From the NCBI GenBank assembly GCA_963850305.1, contig CAWKKR010000003.1:51133-115132 (forward strand): 64,000 nucleotides of DNA, given 5' to 3'. This stretch comes from an uncultured delta proteobacterium. GTDB taxonomy: Bacteria > Myxococcota_A > Polyangia > Polyangiales > Polyangiaceae. The notes below the pieces were generated by a model, which made no database searches, had not been told where the DNA came from, and saw only the letters and a list, made by a program, of their open reading frames with translations. The translations under genes were made by a program, and so were the position numbers. Shown here in pieces: positions 43,801-54,751 of the stretch; the first letter of the stretch is position 1; each line of letters opens with the position of its first letter.

Positions 43801-46800
43801 ACGGACGTCACCTGCCAGCATCCCGCGGGCAACGCGGGCACCGTGTGCCGCGCCGCGGTCGATGTTTGCGACCTGGCCGACACCTGCACGGGCACCTCCA
43901 CGTCGTGCCCGGCCGACGCAAAAGAACCGAAGACGTACGTCTGCCGGCCCGCTGCCTCGGGAGGATGTGACGTCGCGGAGGACTGCGACGGGTCGTCGAA
44001 CTCGTGCCCGGCCGATGGCTTCGAGCCGAGCACGTATCAGTGCCGCGCTCCATCCTGCGCGTCCTCCGTGGCGACGCTCGCCGCCAACTGCACGGGGAGC
44101 TCCGCCGCGTGCCCCACGGCGCAGACCCAGAACTGTTCGCCCTCCACGTGCAGCGGAACGGTGTGTGGCGGCTGCACGACGGACAGCCAGTGCGCCAGCA
44201 ATCAATATTGCTCGAGCGGCGTCTGCATTTCGAAGAAGAGCAACGGCACCTCCTGCAACGGCGCAAACGAGTGTAATAGCGCCGAGTGCGCCGACGGGGT
44301 CTGCTGCGACACCGCTTGCAACGCCGGGACGTGCGACTCCTGCGTGCAGCCGAACCTGGTCGGAACCTGCTCTCCCGTCGCCGCCTCGACAGTGTGCCGC
44401 GCGGCGGTCGACGCCTGCGATGCGGTCGAGACGTGCGGCGGCAATCTGACGTGCCCCGCGGATGCCAAGCTTCCATCCGGGACGCCGTGCACCGACGACG
44501 GCAACGCCTGCACGACCGATCTCTGCAACGGCACGAGCACCGCTTGCCAGCACGCGCCCGGGAACGCCGGCACGATCTGCCGCCCTGCGGACGGCTCGGC
44601 ATGCGACGTCGCGGACGCTTGCGACGGCGTCACGACGGCGTGCAACGACGCAAAGCGCCCGAACACCTACGTCTGCAGGCCCGCGGCCGGCGAGTGCGAC
44701 ATCGCGGACGACTGCGACGGCACGCACGACGCGTGCCCGGCGGATCAGGTCGTGACCAAAGGGACCGCGTGCAGCGACGACGGCAACATCTGCACCACGG
44801 ACGCCTGCGACGGCACGAACCCGACCTGCCAGCACCCGCCGGGAAACGCGGGAACGGTGTGTCAGCCCTCGAACGGCCCCTGCGACGTCGCGGATACCTG
44901 CAACGGCACGTCGACGGCGTGCGTCGACCAGAAGGAACCGAAGACGTTCGTGTGCCGGGCCGCGGCAGGCGAGTGCGACAAGGCCGACACGTGCGACGGC
45001 GTCGGCAACGCGTGTCCGGTGGACGCGAAGCTGCCGAGCGGCACGGCGTGCACCGACGACGGCAACCCCTGCACGACGGACACGTGCTCGGGCTCCGGTG
45101 ATCTCTGCCAGCACGCGACGGGCAACTCGGGCGCCGTCTGCCGCACGGCCGCCGGCGCCTGCGACGCGGCCGAGACGTGCACCGGGACCTCGCCGGTGTG
45201 CCCGGACGACGCGAAGGCCCCGAACACGAAAGTGTGCCGGCCCTCCGTGGGCCCGTGCGACGTCGCGGATACCTGCGACGGCGTGAGCAATACGTGCCCA
45301 CCCGATACGTTCGAGCCGGCCACGTACGCCTGCACCCCGGGGAGCTGCACGTCGGGAGTCGCGACCCTGCCGACGGATTGCACCGGCAGCTCCGCGAGCT
45401 GCCCGACCCCCGTGACGCAAGTCTGTCCGACGGGCTGCGCGGGCACTCTCTGCGCGAACCCCTGCACCGACGACTCCTCGTGCAATCCCCCCGAAGCAGG
45501 CACGACGCCCACGGAGTATTGCTCGCAGGCCGGCCTCTGCACGCCGAAGGTCGGTGCCGGCAGCGCGTGCGACAGGGATTCAGCGTGTCTCACCGGGCAC
45601 TGTGCGGACGGGGTCTGCTGCGACACTGCCTGCAATGCCGGACCCTGCGACTCGTGCGTCGAGTCCGGGAAGATCGGGACATGCTCGCCCGTGGCCAGCG
45701 GCACCGTGTGCCGCCCGTCGACCGGTGAGTGCGACGTCGCGGAAACGTGCAGCGGACAGCTCACGTGTCCGGCGGACACGACGCTCGACGGCCAACCCTG
45801 CAGCACGGACGGCGAACCGTGCACGACCGACGTTTGCTCCGGCAAGGTCTGCTCGCACGTCCCGGCTCCGCCGAATACCGTCTGTCGTCCCGCCGGCAGC
45901 GAGTGCGACGTCGCGGAGACGTGCGGCGGCGCCGCGACCTGCCCGCCCGACGCGCGACAGCCGGACGGCACGAGCTGCACGGACGACGGCGTGCTCTGCA
46001 CGACCGACGTCTGCCAGGCCGGAACCTGCCAGCACCCGGCGGGCAATGCGGGCGTCGCCTGCCGTCCTGCCGTCGGCGAATGCGACGTCGCGGAGGCGTG
46101 CGACGGCGTATCGCCCGCGTGTCCGACCGATATTCACATCGTCGACGGCACCGCGTGCAGCGGCGACAACGACGTGTGCACGACCGACTCGTGCCAGGCG
46201 GGCGTCTGCGCGCACCTCGCCGGCAACGCGGGCACCGTGTGTCGCGTCTCCGCCGGCGAATGCGACGTCATCGAGAAGTGCGACGGAACCAACACGCAGT
46301 GCCCCCCGGACGGCTTCAAGACGGACGGCACGGCGTGCACCGCGGACGCGAACCCGTGCACGGGCGACATCTGCCGCTCGGGGGCGTGCAGCCACCCCGC
46401 GGGCAACCCGGGCACCGTGTGCCGGGTCGCCGCGAGCGTGTGCGACGTCTCGGAGACCTGCGACGGCAAATCGACGGACTGTCCGCCCGACGGCTTTCAA
46501 CCCGACGGAACCGGATGCACGGAAGACGGCAAGCTCTGCACGATCGATTCGTGTGCGGCCGGCGTCTGCACCCACGTGTCCGCGGACGGAGCGAGCTGCA
46601 ACGACGGCAACAAGTGCACCTCGCCGGACGCGTGCAGCGCGGGGCAGTGCTCCGGGGCGCCCGTGACCGGCTGCACGTGCGCGAGTGACTCGGACTGCGA
46701 TGATGGCAACGTGTGCAACGGCGCGGAGAAATGCGTGGCCGGGGCCTGCAAGGCTGGAACGGCGCTCGACTGCGACGACGGCCAGAGCTGCACGACCGAC

Positions 46801-48675
46801 GGCTGCGACCCTGCCAACGGCTGCACGAACGTGGCGCTCACGGACGGGGCGCCCTGCGACGACGGCAACTATTGCACCGTCAACGACGTCTGCTTCCACG
46901 GCGGGTGCGTCTCGGGCACGAACCGAGTCTGCTCCGACGACTCCGCGGGGCCGTGCCAGAACGCCGTCTGCAATGCGAGCAGCAGCAGCTGCACCCTGCA
47001 GAGCAAGCCGAACGGGACCACCTGCGACGACGGCAACGCCTGCACGACGAACGACAAGTGCGCCGCGGCCACGTGCACTGGCACCTCCGCCAGCGGTTGT
47101 CGTCCTTGCACGACTGCGTCCGACTGCAACGACGGCAACGGCTGCACGACGGACATCTGCGACGACGTGAGCAACCGCTGTCAGTATGTCGCGATCGCCG
47201 GCTGCACCGACGGCGGCATCTCGGACGGCGGAGAGACGCCCGACGCGATCGCGCCCGGCGCCGGCGGCACGACCGGCAACGGGGGTCGAGGCGGCGCAAG
47301 CGGCAACTCCGGCGGAAACGCAGGCGGGCCGAGCGCCGACTCGGGGGTGGGCGGTAACGTGCAAGGCGCCGGTGGGGGGGCCCTCGGCGGCGCGGGCGGC
47401 AAAGTTGCCATGGACGGAGGCAACGCGGGCGCGACGTCGGGCCCGGGCGCGAAGGGACACTCGAACATGAAGAGTCCATACGGGTGCTCCTGCGAGGTCG
47501 TGTCGCGGCGCTCGACACCACCGATCGGTCCCGCCCTCGCCGCGGCGGTGCTCGGCGGCCTCGTGTTCCGTCGCCGGCGCGCGCGAGCTCGCCGCCGCGC
47601 GAGGAAGCTCGCGTCGTTCTTCGGCGCGCTCCTCGCGCTCCTCGCCGTCGGCGGACGGGCGGCGCACGCGCAGGAAGCAGCAGAGGATAGGGCCGCCGCG
47701 CAGGCTCTCTACGACGAGGCCAAGCAGCTCACCGCCAAGGGCGACTATGCGTCGGCGTGTCCCAAATTCGAAGCGAGTCAGCGTCTCGACGCGGGGCTCG
47801 GCACGCAGTTTTACCTGGCGGACTGCTGGCAGCACATCGGACGCACGGCGAGCGCGTGGGCCCTGTACCTGGACGTCGCGATGGGCAGCAAGGCCGAGGG
47901 CCGGCTCGATCGAGCCACCGTCGCCGACGCTCGCGCGCAGGCGCTGCAAGCCAACCTTTCGAAGCTCTCGATCTCCGTCGCTTCCCCTGCGCCCGGCCTC
48001 AAGGTCACGCGCGACGGAGAAGCGGTCCAGTCCGCCGTCTTTGGCTCCCCTCTCCCGATCGACCCTGGCGACCACACGATCGGCGCCACCGCCCCGGGCA
48101 AGAAGCCCTGGCAGACGAAGATCACCATTCCCGCCGACGGCTCGTCGAAGGTCGTCCAGGTGCCGGCGCTCGAAGACGCGCCCGCCATGCCCGTGGCGCC
48201 CCCGACCGCGCCGGGGCCGGCGGTCGTCGCGCCGGCAGGTACGCCCGGCGCGGACCAGGGCACGACGACCTCACCCGCGACGCTCTCGCACGCCGGGCAA
48301 TTCGGCGCCGTGCTCCGCGCGGACATCGACGGCAAGCTGCGGGGCGCCGTCACGGCCGTCGGCGCCAGCTACGGCGCGCTTCCGTTCCTCGACGTATCCC
48401 TCGTCGCGCTCCTCGGTGGAAGCCAGGGTGTCGAGCCGGCGGTGACGGTGTTGCCGCTCAAAGGTGCCATCAAGCCGCGCATCACCTTCGCGGCGCCGAT
48501 CTTCTTCATCCAGGGCGCGCGTCCGGGGTTCCGCGGCGCCGCCGGGGTCGAGTGGGATGCCTCACGCCAGTTCGGCGCTTTTGCGGAGCTCGGGGGCGCC
48601 GTGTTCCCCGGTCTCCCCGCGGGCTACGACAAGGCCGTCTTCCTGCCCACCATCGGCGTCTCCGCGAGGCTCTGA
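40884..48675 (+). CDS. Giant (~2600 aa) surface protein: lipoprotein signal, Kelch propeller, Cys-rich disintegrin-like repeats, internal MYXO-CTERM, then TPR-PEGA-beta-barrel-like module; +1 frameshift at ~42448
   Basis: ALGC lipobox, Kelch repeats (VLVAGG...EIYSP...W). Removing one T in GATTC (42446-42450) gives CEIYDP and fuses the ORFs. CR.A.GECD.AE.C and CDDGN.CT.D.C repeats; GCSC...AAAVLGGLVFRRRR; AAAQALYDEAK...ACPKFEAS; DPGDHTIGATAPG. Confidence 0.85.
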
Positions 48676-48678
48676 GCC

Positions 48679-49461
48679 TCAGAGAGCGCGCTCTATCCGC
48701 ACGACGATCGCGCTCACGTTGTCCGGCGCGCCACCATCGCGAGCCGCCTCGATGAGCGCCCCGCAGATCGATTCGACGTCCGCGGAGCTGTCCACCATCC
48801 GCGCCAGCGCCTCATCCGTGACGACACCGCTGAGGCCGTCGGAGCACAGTAAATACGCGTCGCCCGCCTCGACGGCCTCCGTGCGCACGTCCACCTGAAC
48901 GGTGGGGCCTCGGCCTAGCGCGCGAGAGATCACGTTCTTCGGCAGCATCGCCAGCTGCTCGGGGGTCAGGTCCGGCATCTGCGCGAGCGCCTCGCCGATG
49001 AGCGAATGATCCTGCGTCAGCTGCTCGAGGATGCCCCCTCGGAGCCGGTAACAGCGGCTGTCCCCCACATGCGCGACGTGGAACTCGCCGGTCTCGGGCG
49101 TGAAGCACGCGGCGACGACGGTCGTGCCCATTCCCTTGTGCTCCGCGTGAGTACACGCGATCTCGTGCACGTCCGCGTTGGCCTTCCGTACGGCCGCGAG
49201 CAACCGGCGAGCGTCGGGGCCGAGGTCGCGCGGGTCGTCGATGAGCTCGGCCGGGAGAGGAGCTTTCGCCCCCGCGGCAAAACAGTTCTCGAGCGACAGC
49301 GCGGCGAGCGCGCTCGCCACCTCGCCCGCGTTGTGCCCTCCCATCCCGTCGGCCACGAGGAAGAGATTCAGCGCCGGTCGCACCAGCATCCGATCCTCGT
49401 TGTGGCCCCGCACGCGCCCCACATCCGTCTTGCCCGCAGAGATCGCTCGGTAGTGCTGCAT
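48679..49461 (-). CDS. PP2C-family Ser/Thr phosphatase
   Basis: TDVGRVRGHNED, VADGMGGH, GMGTT, HVGDSR, LCSDGL, GGAPDNVS. Confidence 0.95.
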   Translation of the reverse strand: MQHYRAISAGKTDVGRVRGHNEDRMLVRPALNLFLVADGMGGHNAGEVASALAALSLENCFAAGAKAPLPAELIDDPRDLGPDARRLLAAVRKANADVHEIACTHAEHKGMGTTVVAACFTPETGEFHVAHVGDSRCYRLRGGILEQLTQDHSLIGEALAQMPDLTPEQLAMLPKNVISRALGRGPTVQVDVRTEAVEAGDAYLLCSDGLSGVVTDEALARMVDSSADVESICGALIEAARDGGAPDNVSAIVVRIERAL

Positions 49462-49695
49462 TGGAATTCAACCCCGGCCCCTCCAGGTTAAAACGGGACC
49501 GGGGACGCCGCGAAGCGGAGAAATCGCCCCTGCCCCCGGAACCTACATAGGCGACGCCCGCGTCGCCCAATCGGGGTGGCCGTCCCAGGCCGAACGGCCC
49601 CTGGGATCCGCGCGCCGGCCGAAACCGTCGCTCGAAACTGGTGCCGTTCTTGCTCCTCCACCCGGTATCCGAATCGAACCCCCGCGGAGGTGAAC

Positions 49696-50136
49696 ATGCT
49701 CAGCATCCGGATGACCACGGCCGAGGACATCATGACCCGCGACATCGTCACCCTCTTCGAAGAGGACAATCTGACGCGAATCGAGACGGCGATGCGGCGG
49801 TTCCATTTCCACCAGGTCCCGGTGGTCGATGGCCTGCGCGTCGTGGGGATGGTCAGCCACGAACGGCTTCTGGAACTGTACGCGGGCCACCTCGACCCGA
49901 CCGCGCCCCTTCACGACGCAACCATCGAGCAGCTGCTCTTCGTGCGCGATGTCATGACCACGCGGTTCAAAACCGCACGCCCCGACGCGCCCATCGAGGA
50001 CCTCCTGGACCTGATGCTCGACGAACGCCAGACGGCCATCCCCATCGTCGCGGACTCGAGGCGCCTCGTGGGCATCGTGACGCACACGGACGTGCTGGTG
50101 CTGCTCCGACGATCGCTCGTACAGAGGGCCGCGTGA
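49696..50136 (+). CDS. CBS-pair protein
   Basis: GGAGGTG RBS, EDIMTRD, VRDVMTT, LVGIVTHTDVL. Confidence 0.88.
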   Translation: MLSIRMTTAEDIMTRDIVTLFEEDNLTRIETAMRRFHFHQVPVVDGLRVVGMVSHERLLELYAGHLDPTAPLHDATIEQLLFVRDVMTTRFKTARPDAPIEDLLDLMLDERQTAIPIVADSRRLVGIVTHTDVLVLLRRSLVQRAA

Positions 50137-50246
50137 CGAACGCCGACGCGCGGGCGGGCGACACCGCACGGATCACCTCGGACGGAGTCGTCGATGCCGG
50201 ACCCGCGCGTCTCGTCCAATTTTAGCGTACGGTCTCGTCCACCATC

Positions 50247-50861
50247 ATGACGACCAGACCCAGACTCACCTACTTCGACGCCCCCGTGAGCCGAGGCGAA
50301 GAGTGCCGCCTGGCCTTACATCTCGCGGGAGTGGACTTCGAGGACGTTCGGATCCCGCGGAGCGAGTGGGCCGCGCTCAAGCCCACGACCCCGTTCGGCG
50401 GAGTGCCGACGTTCGAGCTCCCCGGCAAACCGGTCCTCGCACAATCGAATGCGATCCTCGTGTACGTGGGTCGTCAATACGGACTTCACCCCAAGGACGA
50501 CTTCGAAGCGGCGCGGCACGAGGCCGTGATGAGCCACGTGGAGGATCTCCGAGCCCACGTCAGTCCGACGCTCCGCATCGAGGACGAAGCAGAGAAGAAG
50601 AAGGCGCGAGAAGCCCTCGCTGCGACGTATCTGCCGGCCTGGGGCGCCCGCACCGAGAAACAAATCGGAGACGGTCCCTTCTTCGGAGGTGCCAAGATCG
50701 GAGTCGTCGATCTCAAGCTCTACGTCGTCGTCCACTGGCTCACGCGCGGCGTCCTCGATCACATCCCCCCGACGATCTTCTCCACGTACCCGAAGCTCCT
50801 GCGCGTCCACGACGCCGTTGCGGATCACCCCGGCGTGAAGGCCTGGTACGCGAAGGGGTAG
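50247..50861 (+). CDS. Glutathione S-transferase
   Basis: LTYFD...RGEECRLAL, TPFGGVP, QSNAILVYVG. Confidence 0.92.
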   Translation: MTTRPRLTYFDAPVSRGEECRLALHLAGVDFEDVRIPRSEWAALKPTTPFGGVPTFELPGKPVLAQSNAILVYVGRQYGLHPKDDFEAARHEAVMSHVEDLRAHVSPTLRIEDEAEKKKAREALAATYLPAWGARTEKQIGDGPFFGGAKIGVVDLKLYVVVHWLTRGVLDHIPPTIFSTYPKLLRVHDAVADHPGVKAWYAKG

Positions 50862-51205
50862 AAGCCTACGACACCGTCCTCGCGCGAGGCGCGCATGCTC
50901 AGGCGCGCGCCACGAGGCTCGCCGAGCGGCCGCTCGGAGATCGTGCCGCCGGCACGCGCTCCAGTGCGGTCATATTCTGAATCACTGAACCCGCGCCCAT
51001 GCTCTGGCGCGACAAAGCGCCACGCGACCTTGCCGAATCTTGGCGAGCCGAGACTGATTGCCACACACGCTTCGAACCATCTCCGTGCCGAGCTTGCTTC
51101 TCACAGAAAACTTACGCTTTGCGCGACGCGCCTCGTGATACAGGTCGAGTCGATCGGCTGACTGGCGAAGGCCCGAAGAACGCGCGCGGCGCGTAGAGGT
51201 TCTGG

Positions 51206-54200
51206 ATGGCTCGCGGTTCGAAACCACGATCCGACAGAGAACGCGAACTAGCGGTGGTCGTACGCGCGACTACCGGGCGGAAGACAATTCGTTCGAGAGG
51301 CGCGAAGGACCCCCTCCTCGCTCGCACGGCGAAAGCTCGAAAGTCAGCGAAGCCAGGGCTCACCCGGAAACCCGGCCGCAGGACGCACGAGTCCCGCGCG
51401 GAACCGACGAGCGCGAGCAGTGGGACGCGCCCGGAGAAGGGCGTCGCTCCGGAGCCGAGCCCGTCGGCGTCGGCCGTTCATGTCCGCTCGAGCGAAACGC
51501 GCTTTCCAATCGTGGGCATTGGGGCTTCCGCGGGCGGGCTCGAAGCGCTCGAAGAGTTCTTGAAGCACGTGCCGGAGAAGAGCGGCATGGCGTTCGTCGT
51601 CGTGCAGCACCTCGATCCGACGCACAAGGGGCTCCTGGTGGAGCTTCTCCAGCGCTCCTCCAAGATGCCCGTCGCTCAGGCGCAGGACGCGGTCCGGGTG
51701 GAGCGCGAGCACGTTTACGTCATCCCGCCCAACAAGGACCTGTCGATTCTGAGGGGCGTTTTGCACCTCGATCCCCTGGCGTCGCCGCGCGGGCTGAGTC
51801 TGCCGATCGACTTTTTCTTTCGGAGCCTGGCCGAAGATCGAGGCGAGTGCAGCATCGGCGTCATCCTTTCCGGAATGGGTTCGGACGGCACCCTCGGACT
51901 CCGCGCAATCAAGGAGAAAGCGGGCGCCTCGTTCGTTCAAACCCCTTCTTCGGCGAAGTTCGACGGCATGCCCCGGAGCGCGATCGGTGCGGGCCTGGCC
52001 GACGTCGTCGCTCCGGCCTCGGAGCTTCCTGCCAAGATCGCCGCGTACCGGAAGCACGCTCCGCACATCCACGGGCAAGGCGCGTCTTTCGTGGAAGAAA
52101 AGTCGTCGAGCGCGCTCGACAAAGTGTTCGCCATCCTACGGTCACAGACGGGAAACGACTTTTCGCATTACAAGAAGAGCACGGTTTGCCGGCGCATCGA
52201 GCGGCGCATGGGTCTGCACCAGATCGATAGCGTCGCCCACTACGTCCGGTACTTGCAGGAGGCTCCGCGTGAGGTCGAGCTTCTTTTCAACGAGCTCTTG
52301 ATCGGCGTGACGAGCTTCTTCCGCGATCCGCCGGCGTGGGACTCTCTGAAGCGGGAAGCCATGCCGGCGCTGCTGAAGAAGCGCATGCCCGGCAGCGCGC
52401 TGCGCGCCTGGGTGCCGGGATGCTCGACCGGCGAAGAGGCGTACTCGCTCGCAATGACGTTCAAAGAGGCGATGGATCCCCTCAGGCACGTGAGAAACCT
52501 CTCGCTGCAGATCTTCGCGACCGATCTCGACCGCGACGCCGTCGAAAGAGCCCGGCAAGGGCTCTACCCCGACAACATCGCGCAGGACGTGTCGCCGGAG
52601 CGCCTGCGCCGCTTCTTCGATCAAGACGAGCGCGGATATCGAGTCAACAAGGAGATCCGGGAGATGGTGGTGTTCGCGCCGCAGAACATCATCATGGATC
52701 CGCCCTTCACGAGGCTCGACATCTTGTCGTGCCGCAACCTGCTCATCTACCTGTCGAGCGAGCTCCAGCGACGGCTCATCCCACTTTTTCACTACAGCAT
52801 GAACCCGGGGGGCATTCTGTTTCTGGGCAGCGCGGAGACGATCGGCACCTTCTCCGGGCTGTTCTCGACGCTCGACGCCAAGGCACGGCTCTACAGGAAG
52901 ATCGATCAACCGGGCGTCACCGCCACCGTCGAGTTTCCGTTGGCGACGGGGGCCCCGAAGCCGGGTTCCTTGGATGTCGGCGACGTGGATTCGGCGCCCG
53001 CCCTGGAGTCCATGTCGCAAAGCCTGCAAACGCTCGCCGATCGCGTGCTCGTGCAGCGATTTTCGCCCGTGGGCATCCTCTGCAACGACAAGGGCGACGT
53101 CCTCTACGTCAGCGCGCGGGCCGGGAAGTATTTCGAGCCGGCCGTCGGAAAGGCGAACCTCAACGTCTTCGCCATGGCGCGCGAGGGGCTCCGCTACGAG
53201 CTCTCGCGCGCGTTCGCCGCCGTGCTCCGCGATTCGGGAACGGTCTCGGTCGGGGACGTGAAGGTCGGGACCAACGGCGGCAGGCAGACCGTCGATTTCG
53301 AGGCTGGAGAAGCTCGCCGAGCCGAGGGAGCTCCGGGGAGCGGTGATGATCATCGTGTCCGACACGCCTCCCGGCGCCGATGTTGCTCAAAAAAAGTCGC
53401 ACCGTGCCGCCGAGCCGCGCCGTATCGCGGAGCTCGAGCGGGAGCTCGCGCGGGCTCGCGAGGAGGTCCAGACGGGGCGCGAGGAAATGCAGACCTCGCA
53501 GGAAGAGCTGAAGTCGGCCAACGAGGAGCTCCAGAGCACCAACGAGGAACTCCAGAGCACCAACGAGGAGCTCACGACCGCGAAAGAGGAAATGCAGTCC
53601 TTGAACGAAGAGCTGCAGACCGTAAACCACGAGCTTCAGGCGAAGGTCGACGAGCTCTCTCGTTCCAGCAACGACATGAAGAATCTCATGAACAGCACCG
53701 ACATCGCGACGCTGTTCTTGGACACGGAACTCCGCGTCCGTCGCTTCACCACCCCGACGGCGCGGATCATCAAGCTCATTCCGGGAGACGTCGGGCGCGC
53801 CATCACGGACATCGCGTCCTACATCGACTACGAGGATCTCGCCAAGGACGCGCGCGAGGTGCTGCGAACGCTGGTGTTCCGCGAGACGCAGGTCGCCAGT
53901 CGCAACGGACACTGGTTTTCGGTGCGGATCTTGCCGTATCGCACGCTCGAGAACGTCATCGACGGCGTCGTGATCACGTTCACCGACGCGACGGCGACGC
54001 GAGCGCTCGAGGTCGCGCTGAGGGAGCAAGCGAGCGAGCTCAGGCAGATGGCCGAGTCGCTCCCGAACCTGGTGTGGACGTGCCGCCCCGACGGCGCTTG
54101 CGAATACTTGAGCCGCCAGTGGAGCGAGTACACCGGCGTCGCGGACACGGAACACTAGGTTACGGATGGCTCGAGCGCGTCCACCCGGACGATCGCGACC

Positions 54201-54751
54201 GCGTCCGCGACGCGTGGAGGGTGGCGATCAGAGCCGGAACGCGCTTCGACCTCGAATTTCGGCTCCAGAGCACCGACGGCTCTTACCGGTGGTTCAAGGG
54301 TCGGTCGGTCGCGATTCGAAACACGGAAGGGACCATTCTGAAGTGGTACGGCGCGAACACCGACGTCGACGACCTGAAACGCGTCGAGGAACTACGCCAG
54401 CAAAACCTTGACAGGTTCGAGGGAGTTCTCAACGCTCTCAGCGAGGGCCTTCTCACCGTGGACGAAGGCCTCGTCATCACCTTCTTCAATCGTGCAGCCG
54501 AACGAATTTTCGGCGCGGATGAAGGAGGGCTGGACGGAAGGAAGCTCATCGACGTTTTCCCCGACGTTGGAGGCTCCACGTTCGAGAAAAAGTTAGCTCG
54601 AGCATTTCGAGACAAGGCGCCCACGTCGTTCGAAGTCGAGCTCCGCCTCGTCGCCTCCGCGGGTCGGTACCGTGTTCGGACTTACCCGCTCGAGCACCCG
54701 GAAGGAATGTCGGTGTTTTTGGAGCGCCTTGCCGGAAGGACAGCGAAATGA
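51206..54751 (+). CDS. CheB-CheR fusion with coiled coil and PAS domains; two compensating frameshifts (~53297 and ~54153); start uncertain
   Basis: GIGASAGG, QHLDP, SGMGSDG (CheB); IGVTSFFRD, GCSTGEEAYS, ATDLD, CRNLLIY (CheR). The ELQSTNEEL coil and PAS lie in the alternative frame (53343-54158). Confidence 0.9.
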   Translation: MARGSKPRSDRERELAVVVRATTGRKTIRSRGAKDPLLARTAKARKSAKPGLTRKPGRRTHESRAEPTSASSGTRPEKGVAPEPSPSASAVHVRSSETRFPIVGIGASAGGLEALEEFLKHVPEKSGMAFVVVQHLDPTHKGLLVELLQRSSKMPVAQAQDAVRVEREHVYVIPPNKDLSILRGVLHLDPLASPRGLSLPIDFFFRSLAEDRGECSIGVILSGMGSDGTLGLRAIKEKAGASFVQTPSSAKFDGMPRSAIGAGLADVVAPASELPAKIAAYRKHAPHIHGQGASFVEEKSSSALDKVFAILRSQTGNDFSHYKKSTVCRRIERRMGLHQIDSVAHYVRYLQEAPREVELLFNELLIGVTSFFRDPPAWDSLKREAMPALLKKRMPGSALRAWVPGCSTGEEAYSLAMTFKEAMDPLRHVRNLSLQIFATDLDRDAVERARQGLYPDNIAQDVSPERLRRFFDQDERGYRVNKEIREMVVFAPQNIIMDPPFTRLDILSCRNLLIYLSSELQRRLIPLFHYSMNPGGILFLGSAETIGTFSGLFSTLDAKARLYRKIDQPGVTATVEFPLATGAPKPGSLDVGDVDSAPALESMSQSLQTLADRVLVQRFSPVGILCNDKGDVLYVSARAGKYFEPAVGKANLNVFAMAREGLRYELSRAFAAVLRDSGTVSVGDVKVGTNGGRQTVDFEAGEARRAEGAPGSGDDHRVRHASRRRCCSKKVAPCRRAAPYRGARAGARAGSRGGPDGARGNADLAGRAEVGQRGAPEHQRGTPEHQRGAHDRERGNAVLERRAADRKPRASGEGRRALSFQQRHEESHEQHRHRDAVLGHGTPRPSLHHPDGADHQAHSGRRRARHHGHRVLHRLRGSRQGRARGAANAGVPRDAGRQSQRTLVFGADLAVSHARERHRRRRDHVHRRDGDASARGRAEGASERAQADGRVAPEPGVDVPPRRRLRILEPPVERVHRRRGHGTLGYGWLERVHPDDRDRVRDAWRVAIRAGTRFDLEFRLQSTDGSYRWFKGRSVAIRNTEGTILKWYGANTDVDDLKRVEELRQQNLDRFEGVLNALSEGLLTVDEGLVITFFNRAAERIFGADEGGLDGRKLIDVFPDVGGSTFEKKLARAFRDKAPTSFEVELRLVASAGRYRVRTYPLEHPEGMSVFLERLAGRTAK

